Source: Candidatus Aenigmatarchaeota archaeon
GTDB taxonomy: Archaea > Aenigmatarchaeota > Aenigmatarchaeia > Aenigmatarchaeales > JACQIB01
Direction: 5' to 3'
Length of the DNA: 64,000 nt
NCBI GenBank assembly: GCA_043799675.1
Contig: JAZDNN010000024.1
Coordinates: 32,412-96,411, forward strand
This document shows, piece by piece, positions 1-10,425 of the stretch (positions are counted from its first letter, which is position 1; each line of letters opens with the position of its first letter). The notes beneath the pieces are model-generated. The model did not search any database. It worked only from the letters and a program-made list of their open reading frames with translations, and was not told the DNA's origin. The translations under genes and the position numbers were made by a program.

Positions 1-951
1 CCGGTCAAGCCGGCAGGAAAGGCCGGCAAGGGCGTCAGTAAATGCCCCGAGTGCGGGACGATGCAGTTCTTCGAGGACGAATCGCGGGGTGAAAGGGTCT
101 GCGCGCGGTGCGGACTGGTGCTTGAGGAAAGCATGGTCGATACCAGCCCCGAATGGCGTGCTTTTGACGAGGACCAGAGAGGAAAACGGACCAGGACGGG
201 AGCACCCCTCACAAGGACCAAGCACGACATGGGAATGACCACCGAGATAGGGAGGGGCAAAGGGGAATTGTTCAGGGTCACGCCGGAGAAGAGGGCGCAA
301 TACCACAGGCTCAAGATATGGCAGAAGAGACTGGTCGAGAGCAAGGACAGGAACCTTTCGTTCGCATTGTCGGAGCTTCAACGGCTCGTGAGCTTCCTGG
401 GGTTGCCGAAGGGAGTGCACGAGGAAGTGGCAAAGAAGTACGAGCAGGCGGTCGACCGCGGCTTGGTCAGGGGCAGGTCGATGGAATCGGTCATTGCTTC
501 ATTATTGTACGCGGTCACCAGGGAACTGGGGACGCCAAGGACGCTCGAGGAAATTGCCGAAGCAAGCGGCGTGGAAAAGAGGGAAATCGGAAGGACCTAC
601 CGTTACATCGCAAGGGAACTGCATATCAGGATACTGCCGGCTCCGCCGGAAGACTATGTGCCAAGATTTGCCAGCATGCTCGGCCTTTCCGACAAGGTGC
701 AGGCAAGGGCGATACAATTCTTGAGGAGCGCCAAGCGCGATGAGGTGACGGCAGGCAAGGGCCCTACCGGAGTGGCTGCGGCCGCCCTTTACATCGCGGC
801 TGTGCTTGAGGGCGAGAAGAGGACGCAGAGGGAGATAGCGGATGCGATAGGCGTGACTGAAGTGACAATCCGCAACAGGTTCAAGGAGCTCGTTGAGAAG
901 CTCGGAATAGAGAAGGAAGTCGAGGCAAAAGTAAGGGAAATCGGCGGATGA
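1..951 (+). CDS. tfb: Transcription initiation factor IIB (5' partial; frame is open from position 1)
   Basis: Zn ribbon CPECG...VCARCG, PEWRAF B-reader motif, two cyclin repeats (GRS, GKGP, VTEVTIRNR). Confidence 0.97.
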   Translation, partial: PVKPAGKAGKGVSKCPECGTMQFFEDESRGERVCARCGLVLEESMVDTSPEWRAFDEDQRGKRTRTGAPLTRTKHDMGMTTEIGRGKGELFRVTPEKRAQYHRLKIWQKRLVESKDRNLSFALSELQRLVSFLGLPKGVHEEVAKKYEQAVDRGLVRGRSMESVIASLLYAVTRELGTPRTLEEIAEASGVEKREIGRTYRYIARELHIRILPAPPEDYVPRFASMLGLSDKVQARAIQFLRSAKRDEVTAGKGPTGVAAAALYIAAVLEGEKRTQREIADAIGVTEVTIRNRFKELVEKLGIEKEVEAKVREIGG

Positions 952-957
952 AAGGAA

Positions 958-1191
958 ATGATTGGAATGAATCTTAACAAGGCCGCGGAAATAGAGAAAT
1001 TCAGGCAGGCACTTTCGGAACGAACCAAAAGGCCCGTTGTTTACGACGCCCAGATAGACGCGTACAGGTCCGGGCCTGACGGGAGCGTCCTGAAAATAAC
1101 GAGGGATGCGCAAGGCACCGCGGGCAGGATTGAAATAGACGGGGAGACCTTCCCGTTCGAATACGATCCGCAGACCGGACGTTACACATAA
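958..1191 (+). CDS. Hypothetical protein (77 aa)
   Basis: ORF directly after tfb with normal composition. Confidence 0.55.
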   Translation: MIGMNLNKAAEIEKFRQALSERTKRPVVYDAQIDAYRSGPDGSVLKITRDAQGTAGRIEIDGETFPFEYDPQTGRYT

Positions 1192-1211
1192 TTTTACATA
1201 TAAAAGCTTAA

Positions 1212-1544
1212 TCAGAACCGCTTCAGCTTTTCCTCGATGAATTTCAGCCTGGCATCAATCGTGTCCAGCTTGCTGAGAATCAGCTCAAGCCTGTCATTCT
1301 CGGCGTGGGCATGCCTGGGCTCTTCCTTCGGCTTCTCGCGCTCGGGCGGGGGCTCGGGATGCTTGCGGGGTATGGTGATATCGAAGCCGCCTATCTCCGG
1401 CTCGTGCCTGACCAGCGGGTCGCCCAGCTCGTCTTCCGGAACGTCCTCGGGACCGGGCAGTCTGAGTTCCCTCTTTACCCTTTCCAGCCCTCCGGGCAAG
1501 TCGTCGTCAAGGGAGCCCTTCTTCCTCTTCAGGCGTTCGAACAT
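1212..1544 (-). CDS. Hypothetical protein with C-terminal coiled coil
   Basis: Start MFERLKRKK overlaps the upstream stop (ATGA); ends LELILSKLDTIDARLKFIEEKL. Confidence 0.65.
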   Translation of the reverse strand: MFERLKRKKGSLDDDLPGGLERVKRELRLPGPEDVPEDELGDPLVRHEPEIGGFDITIPRKHPEPPPEREKPKEEPRHAHAENDRLELILSKLDTIDARLKFIEEKLKRF

Positions 1545-2065
1545 CAGCCTGGCCTCCTGTTGACGGATTCGCGGACATGCGCGTGGGTTATCCCGAACCT
1601 TTCGCGGAGCTCCGCATCGAAGCTGCGCACCTTCGCCTGGGAGTCGGCCAGGTACCTGCGCAGGACGGGCTTGTAGAACGTGTTGAAATACATATAGTAA
1701 AGCATGCCCGTGAACGGATTGTGCCATTCCAGCTCGGTGGTCATGGTAGGCTTCACCCTGACGACTATGTTGCCCGTCTTGGTCTTCTTGTCATACGTGC
1801 CCTGGCATGCGACCTTTATCCAGATTGTCGTCCAGACGTCCTTCTTGTCCTTGTAGCGCCACTCGCCGTACCAGTGGACAGGGTCGCCGGTCACGTCCCA
1901 TTCCAGCCGGTCGGTGAAGGTGCATGAGCTGGAGACGCGCCAGTTCCATTTTGCAATATCATTCATCTCGGCAATCACGAAAGTGGGCTTCGGGACGTTC
2001 TTGAACTCGCCCGACCAGTCGCGGTTCGGTGCCAGCACGTCCTGCTGGAACTGTATCTTCGACAT
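1544..2065 (-). CDS. Hypothetical protein, distant paralog of 2067-2576
   Basis: Operon spacing; shared QxDxLxP start and FY..R C-terminal helix pattern. Confidence 0.75.
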   Translation of the reverse strand: MSKIQFQQDVLAPNRDWSGEFKNVPKPTFVIAEMNDIAKWNWRVSSSCTFTDRLEWDVTGDPVHWYGEWRYKDKKDVWTTIWIKVACQGTYDKKTKTGNIVVRVKPTMTTELEWHNPFTGMLYYMYFNTFYKPVLRRYLADSQAKVRSFDAELRERFGITHAHVRESVNRRPG

Positions 2066-2066
2066 C

Positions 2067-2576
2067 TCAATCTTCCTTCCGCTCGTTCGTGATTTTCTTT
2101 ACCTCGTCAACGAAGTTCGCTATCATCCGCCGCCCGTTGCGTATCCACTGCTCGCGCTTCCTCTCGTAGAACATGGAATGCCAGACCATCCTCAGCACCT
2201 CGTACAGCAGGCTCCTCTCCCAGACGGTGTCCTGCGGGTATTCGGTCCTCAGGTTTGCCTCCTTGACCGCTATCTTGACGGTGCCGTAGCCCTTGTTCTC
2301 GCTCCCGCTCAATTCCACCTCAATATAATAATAGCTGAAGTTGTCGAGGTCCTTGTCGGCCTCCCAAAGGACGCTGAACTTCTCGGTCTCCCCTTTCGTC
2401 CAGCTTATCTTCTTCTCCTGAATCTGCCCGGTGTGCACCTTGAACGCGGTGGCCATCAGGTTCGGTATTTCCTTGTAAAGCTTCGACGGTTCCGGGCCCG
2501 TATAGGTTATCTGGACCATCGGCCGCGGGCGCAGCAGATCGTCCTGAAGCATCAGTTTGGTCCGCGCAATTGTCAT
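2067..2576 (-). CDS. Hypothetical protein, distant paralog of 1544-2065
   Basis: GGAGG Shine-Dalgarno upstream of ATG 2576; similar length and pattern to neighbour. Confidence 0.75.
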   Translation of the reverse strand: MTIARTKLMLQDDLLRPRPMVQITYTGPEPSKLYKEIPNLMATAFKVHTGQIQEKKISWTKGETEKFSVLWEADKDLDNFSYYYIEVELSGSENKGYGTVKIAVKEANLRTEYPQDTVWERSLLYEVLRMVWHSMFYERKREQWIRNGRRMIANFVDEVKKITNERKED

Positions 2577-2756
2577 CAGCAAACCTCCGTGCAATTGTCA
2601 TGTTTGCGGGACTGCAAGCATGCCTGCTTGCGTCCAGGAACGAAGTTCCTTGATGCCGAAACATTGAGGATGTTTCTCATACGGAGAGATTGCTTAGTCG
2701 GAATATAAGTATTCGCATGAGGGTAACGCTTTAAGTATCGGCTGCCATCTTATGGC

Positions 2757-3020
2757 ATGTCCTCTCTTTTCGAGCGGATGGAAACCAACATGCAGACCGG
2801 ACGGGTGTTCCTGGTGTTCGTTGCGATCGTCCTGTTCGCATGGGGACTGGCCAGCATAAGCCTCAAAATCCTGGGGGTCGCGGTCGCGACGCTCGGGTTC
2901 GCATTCCTGATATGGTTCCCGGGAAGAATCGAGCACCAGAGGAAGCTCTACACAAACGCGATAATAAAACTGGGAGTGCTCTTGGTGGCTGCCGGGCTGC
3001 TGATGCTGATATTCGGGTGA
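2757..3020 (+). CDS. Small membrane protein
   Basis: Three hydrophobic segments. Confidence 0.7.
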   Translation: MSSLFERMETNMQTGRVFLVFVAIVLFAWGLASISLKILGVAVATLGFAFLIWFPGRIEHQRKLYTNAIIKLGVLLVAAGLLMLIFG

Positions 3021-4835
3021 ATGAATGACAAGCAAAAACCGGGGAATGATGGGATGAGCGACGGAGAAAAACCGTTCTTTCCGCTGCTTGCGTCAGGCAC
3101 GAAAGGCAAGTTTGAGACGCCGATGAAGGCCGACCTCAGCAACCAGGACAAGCCGGGAATAATCACAAGTGCCGGCAACAGTCCCTGGTCGAGCAGGCTG
3201 TTGTGGGCCGGCGAAACACTGCCGCCAAGGAGGGAGATCGGAGGCAACCAGTTCATAGCCCTGGACTACACAGGGCCGCCAGGCGAGGGAAGCGGGATCT
3301 ACTACAGCCTCATGTTCCAGATGCTCAAGTGGAGATGGAACATCGTGAAGGTGGACGAGAGCATAGAGGTCAGCCCGACCCACCGCGAATACTACGAAAG
3401 GACCATAGCCACGAAGGGGGCGCTGGAAGGGACCATCAAGGAGGGATTGCGCAGCGCGGCCCAGGCGGTGGCGGATTACGAACTCATACTGCACGACATC
3501 CGAAAATACAAGGAGATAATGGACTACTTCGAGGCGGTCGCAAAAGCCAGGCAGACCAAGGACAAGGAGGAAAGGAAGAAGAAGGTCGCTTCGGCGGAGC
3601 ATGTGCTGAAAGCAATGTACGCGGATCAGGTGGACATCCACACCGGAAACAGCAGCATCGTCCAGATGGCGCAGACGCGGTGGCCGACCATCCTTTCGGA
3701 CTTCATGCGGCTGACCGAAGACATGGACACCATGGACAGGATAAAAGGGGACCTGAAAATCAGCGGCGCGGAAGCTTTGGTGCTCAAGACCAAGAACGAC
3801 CTGTTCAGGGAGTGGCTGAAAATATTCGGCCGGGCCGTCCAGGAAAGGTACGAAAGGCTGACCGGGATAACGATCGCAAGGAAGCGGTGCGTCGAGGAGT
3901 ACAGGGAATGGATCAAGCCTTACGTTACCAGGTTCAAGGCGATGAAGACCGGGTCGAACCGGGAGGCGTTCAAGTCGTTCATCGACATAACCGGCCAGGC
4001 GCTGTACAGCAACGAGATAAAGCTGTGGGCGTGGCAGCCGTACAGGGCGGTCGAGATACACAAGGCGCCGATGGTAAAATCGGGCGACTTCACTGTCGAA
4101 CCCGCGGACCCGTGGACGGTTGAGCACTACATAAAATCGCAGGTCACCGGTCTCGCCCACAAGGATTATTATCCGTGGCTGCTGCAGGAGGAATCCCCGA
4201 CGTTCAAGAAGGCGTCGGATTATCCGTGGCTCGCCGGATTCAGCACCGAAAAGAAGGTGACCATGGCCGACAACATGATAGCCAGGATACGGAACAACTG
4301 GAAGAAGGGGGAGATACCGTGCACGGACCCCAACGACAACTACTACCTCTTCATCACCATGGACATCGACCGGGCGGGGAGCCGGCTGCCCGTAGGAGAG
4401 CTTGAGGACATATTGTTCGACATGCGCATGCACGTCATCTCGCACAACGCGCTGCTGATAAAGATGGTGGAGCTCGACTGCCGGGAAAAGGAGATTGACA
4501 GGTACATAGAGGAAATACTGGGCATCAAGAAGGACGACAAGAGCATAGAAGAGCTCGTCAAGAAGGAGTTCCCGGACCTGTTCGGGGTACAAAAACCGAA
4601 GGAACCGACTCAGTTCGAACTGTTCAAGAAGGAATGGAGCGACACCATAAACGGTTTCATGGCGCCGTTCAAGAGCGCGAACAAGACGCTCACGAAATCA
4701 CGCCCGTGGCTGGTCAAGACCGGCCCGTACGAGACCGACTGGGACGAAAGGATAACCAAGCACTACCTCATCCCGTCCGGGCAGGTGTTCGGCATGGTCA
4801 CCGGATACCTTATGTCGAAGATGGGCATCGAATAA
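3021..4835 (+). CDS. Hypothetical protein (604 aa, helical)
   Basis: Long ORF with genome-typical codon usage; no recognised motif. Confidence 0.8.
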   Translation: MNDKQKPGNDGMSDGEKPFFPLLASGTKGKFETPMKADLSNQDKPGIITSAGNSPWSSRLLWAGETLPPRREIGGNQFIALDYTGPPGEGSGIYYSLMFQMLKWRWNIVKVDESIEVSPTHREYYERTIATKGALEGTIKEGLRSAAQAVADYELILHDIRKYKEIMDYFEAVAKARQTKDKEERKKKVASAEHVLKAMYADQVDIHTGNSSIVQMAQTRWPTILSDFMRLTEDMDTMDRIKGDLKISGAEALVLKTKNDLFREWLKIFGRAVQERYERLTGITIARKRCVEEYREWIKPYVTRFKAMKTGSNREAFKSFIDITGQALYSNEIKLWAWQPYRAVEIHKAPMVKSGDFTVEPADPWTVEHYIKSQVTGLAHKDYYPWLLQEESPTFKKASDYPWLAGFSTEKKVTMADNMIARIRNNWKKGEIPCTDPNDNYYLFITMDIDRAGSRLPVGELEDILFDMRMHVISHNALLIKMVELDCREKEIDRYIEEILGIKKDDKSIEELVKKEFPDLFGVQKPKEPTQFELFKKEWSDTINGFMAPFKSANKTLTKSRPWLVKTGPYETDWDERITKHYLIPSGQVFGMVTGYLMSKMGIE

Positions 4836-4933
4836 CCTTTTGCTCGCTGCTTACCGCAGCTCCAAAAGGTTAATCAAAACATTTACTGAGCCTGTTTCAT
4901 AAAAGCTAAATACCAGACAGACGAACCCATGTC

Positions 4934-6565
4934 ATGGCTTATGTTTTGGGCGTGAGCACGGGAACCTTCGGGATAGCCCGGTCCGCCGACCCGGAGACCA
5001 GGCACGAATACATCGGAATCCCGAAGAAGGCGCTCTGGAGCATCACCAAGGGGGTGAACTTCGCCCAGGTGGACATGGAGAGCGTGTCCGAGTTCATCGA
5101 GCCGGACCTTGAGAAGCAGATAGCCGCGCTTGAGAGGATAGGCATCGACGTCGGCATACACGGGGAGGCGAAGGAATACACGAGCGTGATGCCGTACCTG
5201 GACAGCGCCCTGTTCGAAGAGTGGCACCGGAGCCATGACAGGCTGATAAAGTCCCTCACCGGCGCCGGAAAGGACATCCATGCGAAATACTTTTTGCTTC
5301 ACAGCTCGGCGAGCACCAGCTGGCAGACGCTCTGGCACGAGTTCCAGCCTACTAATCTGGCCGACATCTGGGGGCGCAGGCTGGACAAGTTCCTTGAGGA
5401 CAATCCGGACGTGCAGGAATGGGCGATATCCTCGGAAAGGGTGATGGAGGTCGCCGGCCACCGGACAACCATCATGCCGAAAATTGAGGACCAGAAGAAG
5501 GAAGCGTTCGAGAACTACGTGGAAAGATGGAAACAAGGGCACGAGGGGAAGGAGCTCAGCTCCGATGAGCTTTCAAAAATGAAGAAGGAAGCGGAAGAGG
5601 CGACGGTGGAACAGTTCAAGCGGATACTGGAAAAATTTGTCACCACCTCCGAGCAGACCTACGGAAGCGAAAGGGTGGCCTACTATTGCATCGGGTACTG
5701 GATGCAGGAAGGAAGGAGATGCCCGGTACAGCTGAGGGAAATCTGGAAGAGCATCTGCGGAAGGGGAAATGTATCAGATCATAAATGGGCGGAGGCGGCG
5801 GGAGGGAACAACTGGGTCCCGGCGGTGACTTGCGCTTATACCTGGGGTCACTTCAACCCGGACAAGTGCCCGTCATGGCCGAGCGACCTGAAGAGGCCGG
5901 AAGACCCGAAGCCCATCCTCGAAAAATACAACCTGCTGTTCGTACTTGAAACCCCGGTCGCGGGGGCGGGCGAGGAGGAGCTGCTGAGGCTTGCCAAGCC
6001 CACTCACATCTACGCACTGGTCAAGAATATGGGCTCGCCGAATGTCGGGGTGGCGTGGGACTCTGAACACCAGCTCTGCGGGGGGATAGACCCGATGAAG
6101 GAGGCGGACAGCCTGCCCGACGGGGCGGGAAAGATGGTAAGGGTGATACACGTCGGGTATCCGGCGGTCCTTGGGCCGGCGCACGTCCCGATACCGCTGG
6201 GGAGCGAGGCGCAGGAATACATCTACAGGATGCTGTGGAAGCTCCGCAAGAAGGGTTTCAAGGACGGGTGGATAATATTCGAACGGGGCGCCGGGCAGGA
6301 ACCTGTCAAAGAAAGCGTTATCTCCCTGAGAAAGATAATCGAGTTCCTGGACAAGGAAATCGTTCCTGAAAAGCTGCCTGACGAATTCTACGGGATGGAG
6401 AAGGGCGGGGTGAGGCTGACCAGGCAGGAAGTGGCCATAAAGGACCACGCGATGGACCCGCTGAAAGGGCTGCTGGTGATACCGGAGGAGGAATACGGGT
6501 TCCTTTCAACCGCAGCGGCGGCCAAGGGCAAACTTGAGGAATGGAAGAAGGCCGAGCTGAAGTGA
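4934..6565 (+). CDS. Xylose-isomerase/AP-endonuclease-like TIM-barrel protein with helical insertion
   Basis: GIHG, LLHSS, VLET, AWDSEH, VIHVG, H.P and IFERG motifs typical of metal-dependent TIM barrels. Confidence 0.65.
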   Translation: MAYVLGVSTGTFGIARSADPETRHEYIGIPKKALWSITKGVNFAQVDMESVSEFIEPDLEKQIAALERIGIDVGIHGEAKEYTSVMPYLDSALFEEWHRSHDRLIKSLTGAGKDIHAKYFLLHSSASTSWQTLWHEFQPTNLADIWGRRLDKFLEDNPDVQEWAISSERVMEVAGHRTTIMPKIEDQKKEAFENYVERWKQGHEGKELSSDELSKMKKEAEEATVEQFKRILEKFVTTSEQTYGSERVAYYCIGYWMQEGRRCPVQLREIWKSICGRGNVSDHKWAEAAGGNNWVPAVTCAYTWGHFNPDKCPSWPSDLKRPEDPKPILEKYNLLFVLETPVAGAGEEELLRLAKPTHIYALVKNMGSPNVGVAWDSEHQLCGGIDPMKEADSLPDGAGKMVRVIHVGYPAVLGPAHVPIPLGSEAQEYIYRMLWKLRKKGFKDGWIIFERGAGQEPVKESVISLRKIIEFLDKEIVPEKLPDEFYGMEKGGVRLTRQEVAIKDHAMDPLKGLLVIPEEEYGFLSTAAAAKGKLEEWKKAELK

Positions 6566-6577
6566 TCCGCGCTCTAT

Positions 6578-7042
6578 CTATGTGAAGAGACTAATGATAT
6601 CAACGAGCTGGATCGCCCACCAGAAAAACAGTCCCGTATTTATCAACGCACCGATGCCGCAGACAGCCACGTCCCTTTTCGAAAAGACGTTGAGATTATT
6701 ACTTGCCTTGGTAACGGCGCTGTAGCCCAGGATGGCACCCAGCCCCCAACATACGGGCGGGAAGATGAACAGGCCGATGATGGCAAGGAACCATGCGGCA
6801 GATGATGTTCCCAGCACGCCATTTCTCATCGCGGGAGACGGCTTCTGCGGCGCATTAGTGGCAGCAGGAGCCGCCTGAGCCTGCGCCTTCGACGTCCCGA
6901 ACACCTTGTCAGCGTCGCCCTTGCAATAAAGTTTGCCCCCGATCTCTACCGAGCATTTCTTGCAGATTCCTTCTCCGCATTCGCGGCAGACGCCGACGGC
7001 ATTGACCTTGGGATGCTTGTAACACTTCATGTTGCCACACAC
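6578..7042 (-). CDS. B-box-like Zn finger membrane protein
   Basis: CxxH...CxxC...CxxC...C N-terminus plus two transmembrane segments. Confidence 0.75.
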   Translation of the reverse strand: MCGNMKCYKHPKVNAVGVCRECGEGICKKCSVEIGGKLYCKGDADKVFGTSKAQAQAAPAATNAPQKPSPAMRNGVLGTSSAAWFLAIIGLFIFPPVCWGLGAILGYSAVTKASNNLNVFSKRDVAVCGIGALINTGLFFWWAIQLVDIISLFT

Positions 7043-7098
7043 TTAATGGCGAAAGCCCGCTTAAATATCTTATTTTACATTCACACCCGCAATAATCT

Positions 7099-8019
7099 TC
7101 ACTTTTGTGCCGTAAGGTTCAGGCAGATTCCTTTCATGCCGTATTCCGTGCTCTTTATTTCGTTACAGAGAGCTGTGTCCCTGTTTTCGATTGCGTACCA
7201 TTGGATGCACAGGTCCTGCTGGATATCGATATTCTCCATGGCGCAGGAAATGTCGCATGTGATTTTCCGGCATTGCGTCCAATCCCTGGTCGCCTTGGCC
7301 TTGCAAAAGCCCTTGGTCTTCGGCATGCCGGTAAGGTCGCATACGGAAACATCCCCCGTGGCGAGCGCATAGGCCCTGATGCAATCCTCCTCGCCAAACG
7401 TGGTCGAGTTGAACAGTTGGTATACCAGATTGCAGGCGCCTGGGTTCCTGAATTCGGCTGCAATCTTTGCCACGCATCCGGCAATCTTGCCTTCGCGCGA
7501 CCATCCGTTCACATCAACAACCGGCTCGGCCATCAGGCGGCTGCAATTGCTCCTGACCGCCTGCTCGAGCTTTGCCTTCTCCAACATCGTGTCGAGTATG
7601 GAAATGCTGGTCCTCGCAACCACGGTCCCGCTGCCGCCCCTTATTGTAAGAAGCTCGACCGTGTATTTTCCCGGCCCAAGGTCGCGATAATATTTGTTTG
7701 CTTCCACCCAATCGACCGCCTTTGCAGTGAACGTTTCATACACCGGCATGGTCACAAATCCGTTCGCATCGATGACCCTGAACCCGTAGGTTGTCCCTTC
7801 AGGAAGCCCTTTTTGCTGGAGAAAGAACCATTCGCCCGTTCCGAGGGATGTCACCGCATTATGGTCGTTGTTCAGGACGAACACCCCGACGCCGGGTGAG
7901 ATGCCATCGGAAACGGTCAGGTTCAATCCCGGCGGTAGCGTGGCGGGTATCATGCCGTTGAGGATGAACAACGCCAGAGGTATGAAAACAACGCACAGAA
8001 GCAGATACTTCTTTTTCAC
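7099..8019 (-). CDS. Secreted/membrane-anchored protein with Cys-rich repeats
   Basis: Signal/TM N-terminus; repeated C-x-A-x-D-x-x-C units. Confidence 0.7.
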   Translation of the reverse strand: MKKKYLLLCVVFIPLALFILNGMIPATLPPGLNLTVSDGISPGVGVFVLNNDHNAVTSLGTGEWFFLQQKGLPEGTTYGFRVIDANGFVTMPVYETFTAKAVDWVEANKYYRDLGPGKYTVELLTIRGGSGTVVARTSISILDTMLEKAKLEQAVRSNCSRLMAEPVVDVNGWSREGKIAGCVAKIAAEFRNPGACNLVYQLFNSTTFGEEDCIRAYALATGDVSVCDLTGMPKTKGFCKAKATRDWTQCRKITCDISCAMENIDIQQDLCIQWYAIENRDTALCNEIKSTEYGMKGICLNLTAQK

Positions 8020-8128
8020 ATGCCTGATTTACAGATGCCGGCTTAAAAATGCGGCCACCGCTAAAGCGTGTGATAAAGCAGGACCGATGTAAAAGCCATT
8101 TAAAAGGATAGCTGCCATATTTGGTTCG

Positions 8129-9610
8129 ATGAGCAGACCAAAAAAGAAAACGGTGAAAAAGCAGAAAACGATGCTCCCCAACGTGCCGGCCGAGCTGGCG
8201 GAAAAGGCGAACATAGGATTCAGTGATATGGGCAGCGAAGCTGCCAAGGACGGCATTGCCGCCAAGGGCGGACATGCCATGAAGGGCAAGCAGCCGGTCG
8301 GGCAGAAGCTCAGGAAGTTCTCGCTGGAGACGAGGCTGAAAAGCTCGAACGAGTTCACGGACAAGGTCGTCAAGACGTTCAAGGACTACATCAAATCCGT
8401 GGTGGTTTGGGGTTCAATAACGAGAGGGGACTTCACCGGCAAGAGCGACGTCGATTTGTACGTGATATTTGATGATACCAAAATGCCGCTGAAAAAGTTT
8501 GATGAACTGAGGGAGAAGATAGACAAGGACCTGTACAAGATGGCTTCCGATACCGACCCGAGGCTGCACGTACAGCCTGTGCTTGCCCTTACCGAGTTCT
8601 GGGACGGAATAAGAACCTGCCATCCCCTGTTCTACAACATCGTCAGGGAAGGGTATGCACTTCATGATACCGGATTCTTCATCCCGATGAGGAAACTGCT
8701 TGAGTGGGGCAAGTTCCCCGCGACCATGGAAGCGGCCGAAATCAGGATGGAAGGGGTGCCGAAGAGGATAAGCAGAGTCCAATCGGTCAAGCTGTACATG
8801 ATTGCCGAGGACCTGTACTATGCAATCACCGATGCCGCGCAGAGCGTGCTGATGTACGTCGGGGTCGGGCCGCCGGCACCGAAGGTCCTGGCGAAGGAAG
8901 TGAGGAAGCACCTGGTCGAGACCAAGCTGCTGGAAGAGGAATGGGCGAAGCTGATTGAGGATGTCATGAGCTTCAGGAAGGCGGTGGAGCACAAGGAAAT
9001 CAAGGAAATCACCGGGCAGGAGCTGGACAATTGGATAGCAAGGACGGACAAGTACGTCAAGAGGATGGGGGGGCTGCTGGACAACCTGGAGATCGAAAGA
9101 AAGGCATATGACATCAAGAAGAATTACGAGGTCATGATAAAGGCGAGCGTGGCGGCATTGAAGGCAATCAACAAGCTACCGCCTGAGCCGGAAAAGCTGC
9201 CCGCAGCGTTCAAGAAATACCTGATCGAACCCGGGCTGGTGGCTCCATGGTATTCGGAGGTTTTCGGAAAGGTCATCGAGATGCGGAAGATGCTCGAGGA
9301 CAAGAAGATGACGGACATCCCCGAAAGGGACGTCTACATGAGCAAGGAGTACGTGAGACGTTTCATCATGGACGTCAGGCGGGTGGTGGAGAGCAAACGA
9401 CCCGAGCAAAAGCAGATGGAGATACCTTCAGAGCCGATTGACAAGATGTCCGAGGCCGGCGCAATGATCAACACGGCCAGGGAAATCGGCATGCAGCAGG
9501 AGGCGGTCGCGGGCATGAAACTTCCTTCTTCCGCCGACAGCAAGGTCAGGAAGATAGCGGAAAAGATTGAGAAAGGCAAGAAGGAAGCGCACAAGAAGCG
9601 CGGGGAGTGA
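8129..9610 (+). CDS. Minimal nucleotidyltransferase fused to HEPN-like domain(s)
   Basis: WGSITRGDFTGKSDVD (GS..DxD motif); YYA..DAAQS and RKAVEH (Rx4H). Confidence 0.8.
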   Translation: MSRPKKKTVKKQKTMLPNVPAELAEKANIGFSDMGSEAAKDGIAAKGGHAMKGKQPVGQKLRKFSLETRLKSSNEFTDKVVKTFKDYIKSVVVWGSITRGDFTGKSDVDLYVIFDDTKMPLKKFDELREKIDKDLYKMASDTDPRLHVQPVLALTEFWDGIRTCHPLFYNIVREGYALHDTGFFIPMRKLLEWGKFPATMEAAEIRMEGVPKRISRVQSVKLYMIAEDLYYAITDAAQSVLMYVGVGPPAPKVLAKEVRKHLVETKLLEEEWAKLIEDVMSFRKAVEHKEIKEITGQELDNWIARTDKYVKRMGGLLDNLEIERKAYDIKKNYEVMIKASVAALKAINKLPPEPEKLPAAFKKYLIEPGLVAPWYSEVFGKVIEMRKMLEDKKMTDIPERDVYMSKEYVRRFIMDVRRVVESKRPEQKQMEIPSEPIDKMSEAGAMINTAREIGMQQEAVAGMKLPSSADSKVRKIAEKIEKGKKEAHKKRGE

Positions 9611-10425
9611 ATCCGTTGCGCATCCTGGTGATGGGGGACTTCGAGGGAAGCGTCCCGAATGGTTTGAAGAACTTTGTTAAGAGAGAGAAAATAGACTGCA
9701 TGATAAGCCCCGGGGATTTCTCGGACACGGCGGAAATAAAGAAAATCGAGTTCGGCAACTGGGGCAAGAGATGGGCCGGGATTGTCGGTAAGGAAAAGGC
9801 GGAGAAACTGATTGAAAAGTCGTTCAGGAACGGGATTGCAACGCTTAAGGTGCTTGATAATATCGGCATTCCGGTTTATTGCGTCTACGGGAACAATGAC
9901 GTGTATAGAATCGGAAATAAAAAACACCCGTTAAGCAGGAAAGTTTCAAGCATGAAAAACGTCAGGATGATCGGAGGCAAAACGGTGATGCTCGACGGCT
10001 TCACACTGGCCGCGCACGGCGGCTACAGGGGGTTCGGGCAGAAAAAAGACAGGTTTGAGAAAGTGGATGCGAAGACCGCAAGGAAAATCGAAGACATCAG
10101 GAAAAAATGGCGCATGCAACTGAGGAAACTGCTGGAAGGAAAGAGAAATGTCATGCTGCTCACGCACGACGTGCCGTACATGTGCAAGCTGGATATGATC
10201 CGGAACAAGAAATCGCCGCTGGACGGCAAGCACATCGGCGACGAGCTCATCCGGGAAGCCATACTCAGGTACAAACCTGTGATTCACTTGTGCGGGCACA
10301 TGCACGAGAACCAGGGAACATGCAGGGTAGGGAAAACAACGATAATCAACGGCGGTTTTGGTCGGTTGGGGCAGGCTGCAATCCTGGAACTGCCGGAAAA
10401 ATCGGTAAAGTTCGTCAGTATCTGA
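9607..10425 (+). CDS. Metallophosphoesterase (calcineurin-like)
   Basis: GDFEG, PGDF, GNND, THDVP, CGHMHE motifs. Confidence 0.9.
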   Translation: MNPLRILVMGDFEGSVPNGLKNFVKREKIDCMISPGDFSDTAEIKKIEFGNWGKRWAGIVGKEKAEKLIEKSFRNGIATLKVLDNIGIPVYCVYGNNDVYRIGNKKHPLSRKVSSMKNVRMIGGKTVMLDGFTLAAHGGYRGFGQKKDRFEKVDAKTARKIEDIRKKWRMQLRKLLEGKRNVMLLTHDVPYMCKLDMIRNKKSPLDGKHIGDELIREAILRYKPVIHLCGHMHENQGTCRVGKTTIINGGFGRLGQAAILELPEKSVKFVSI

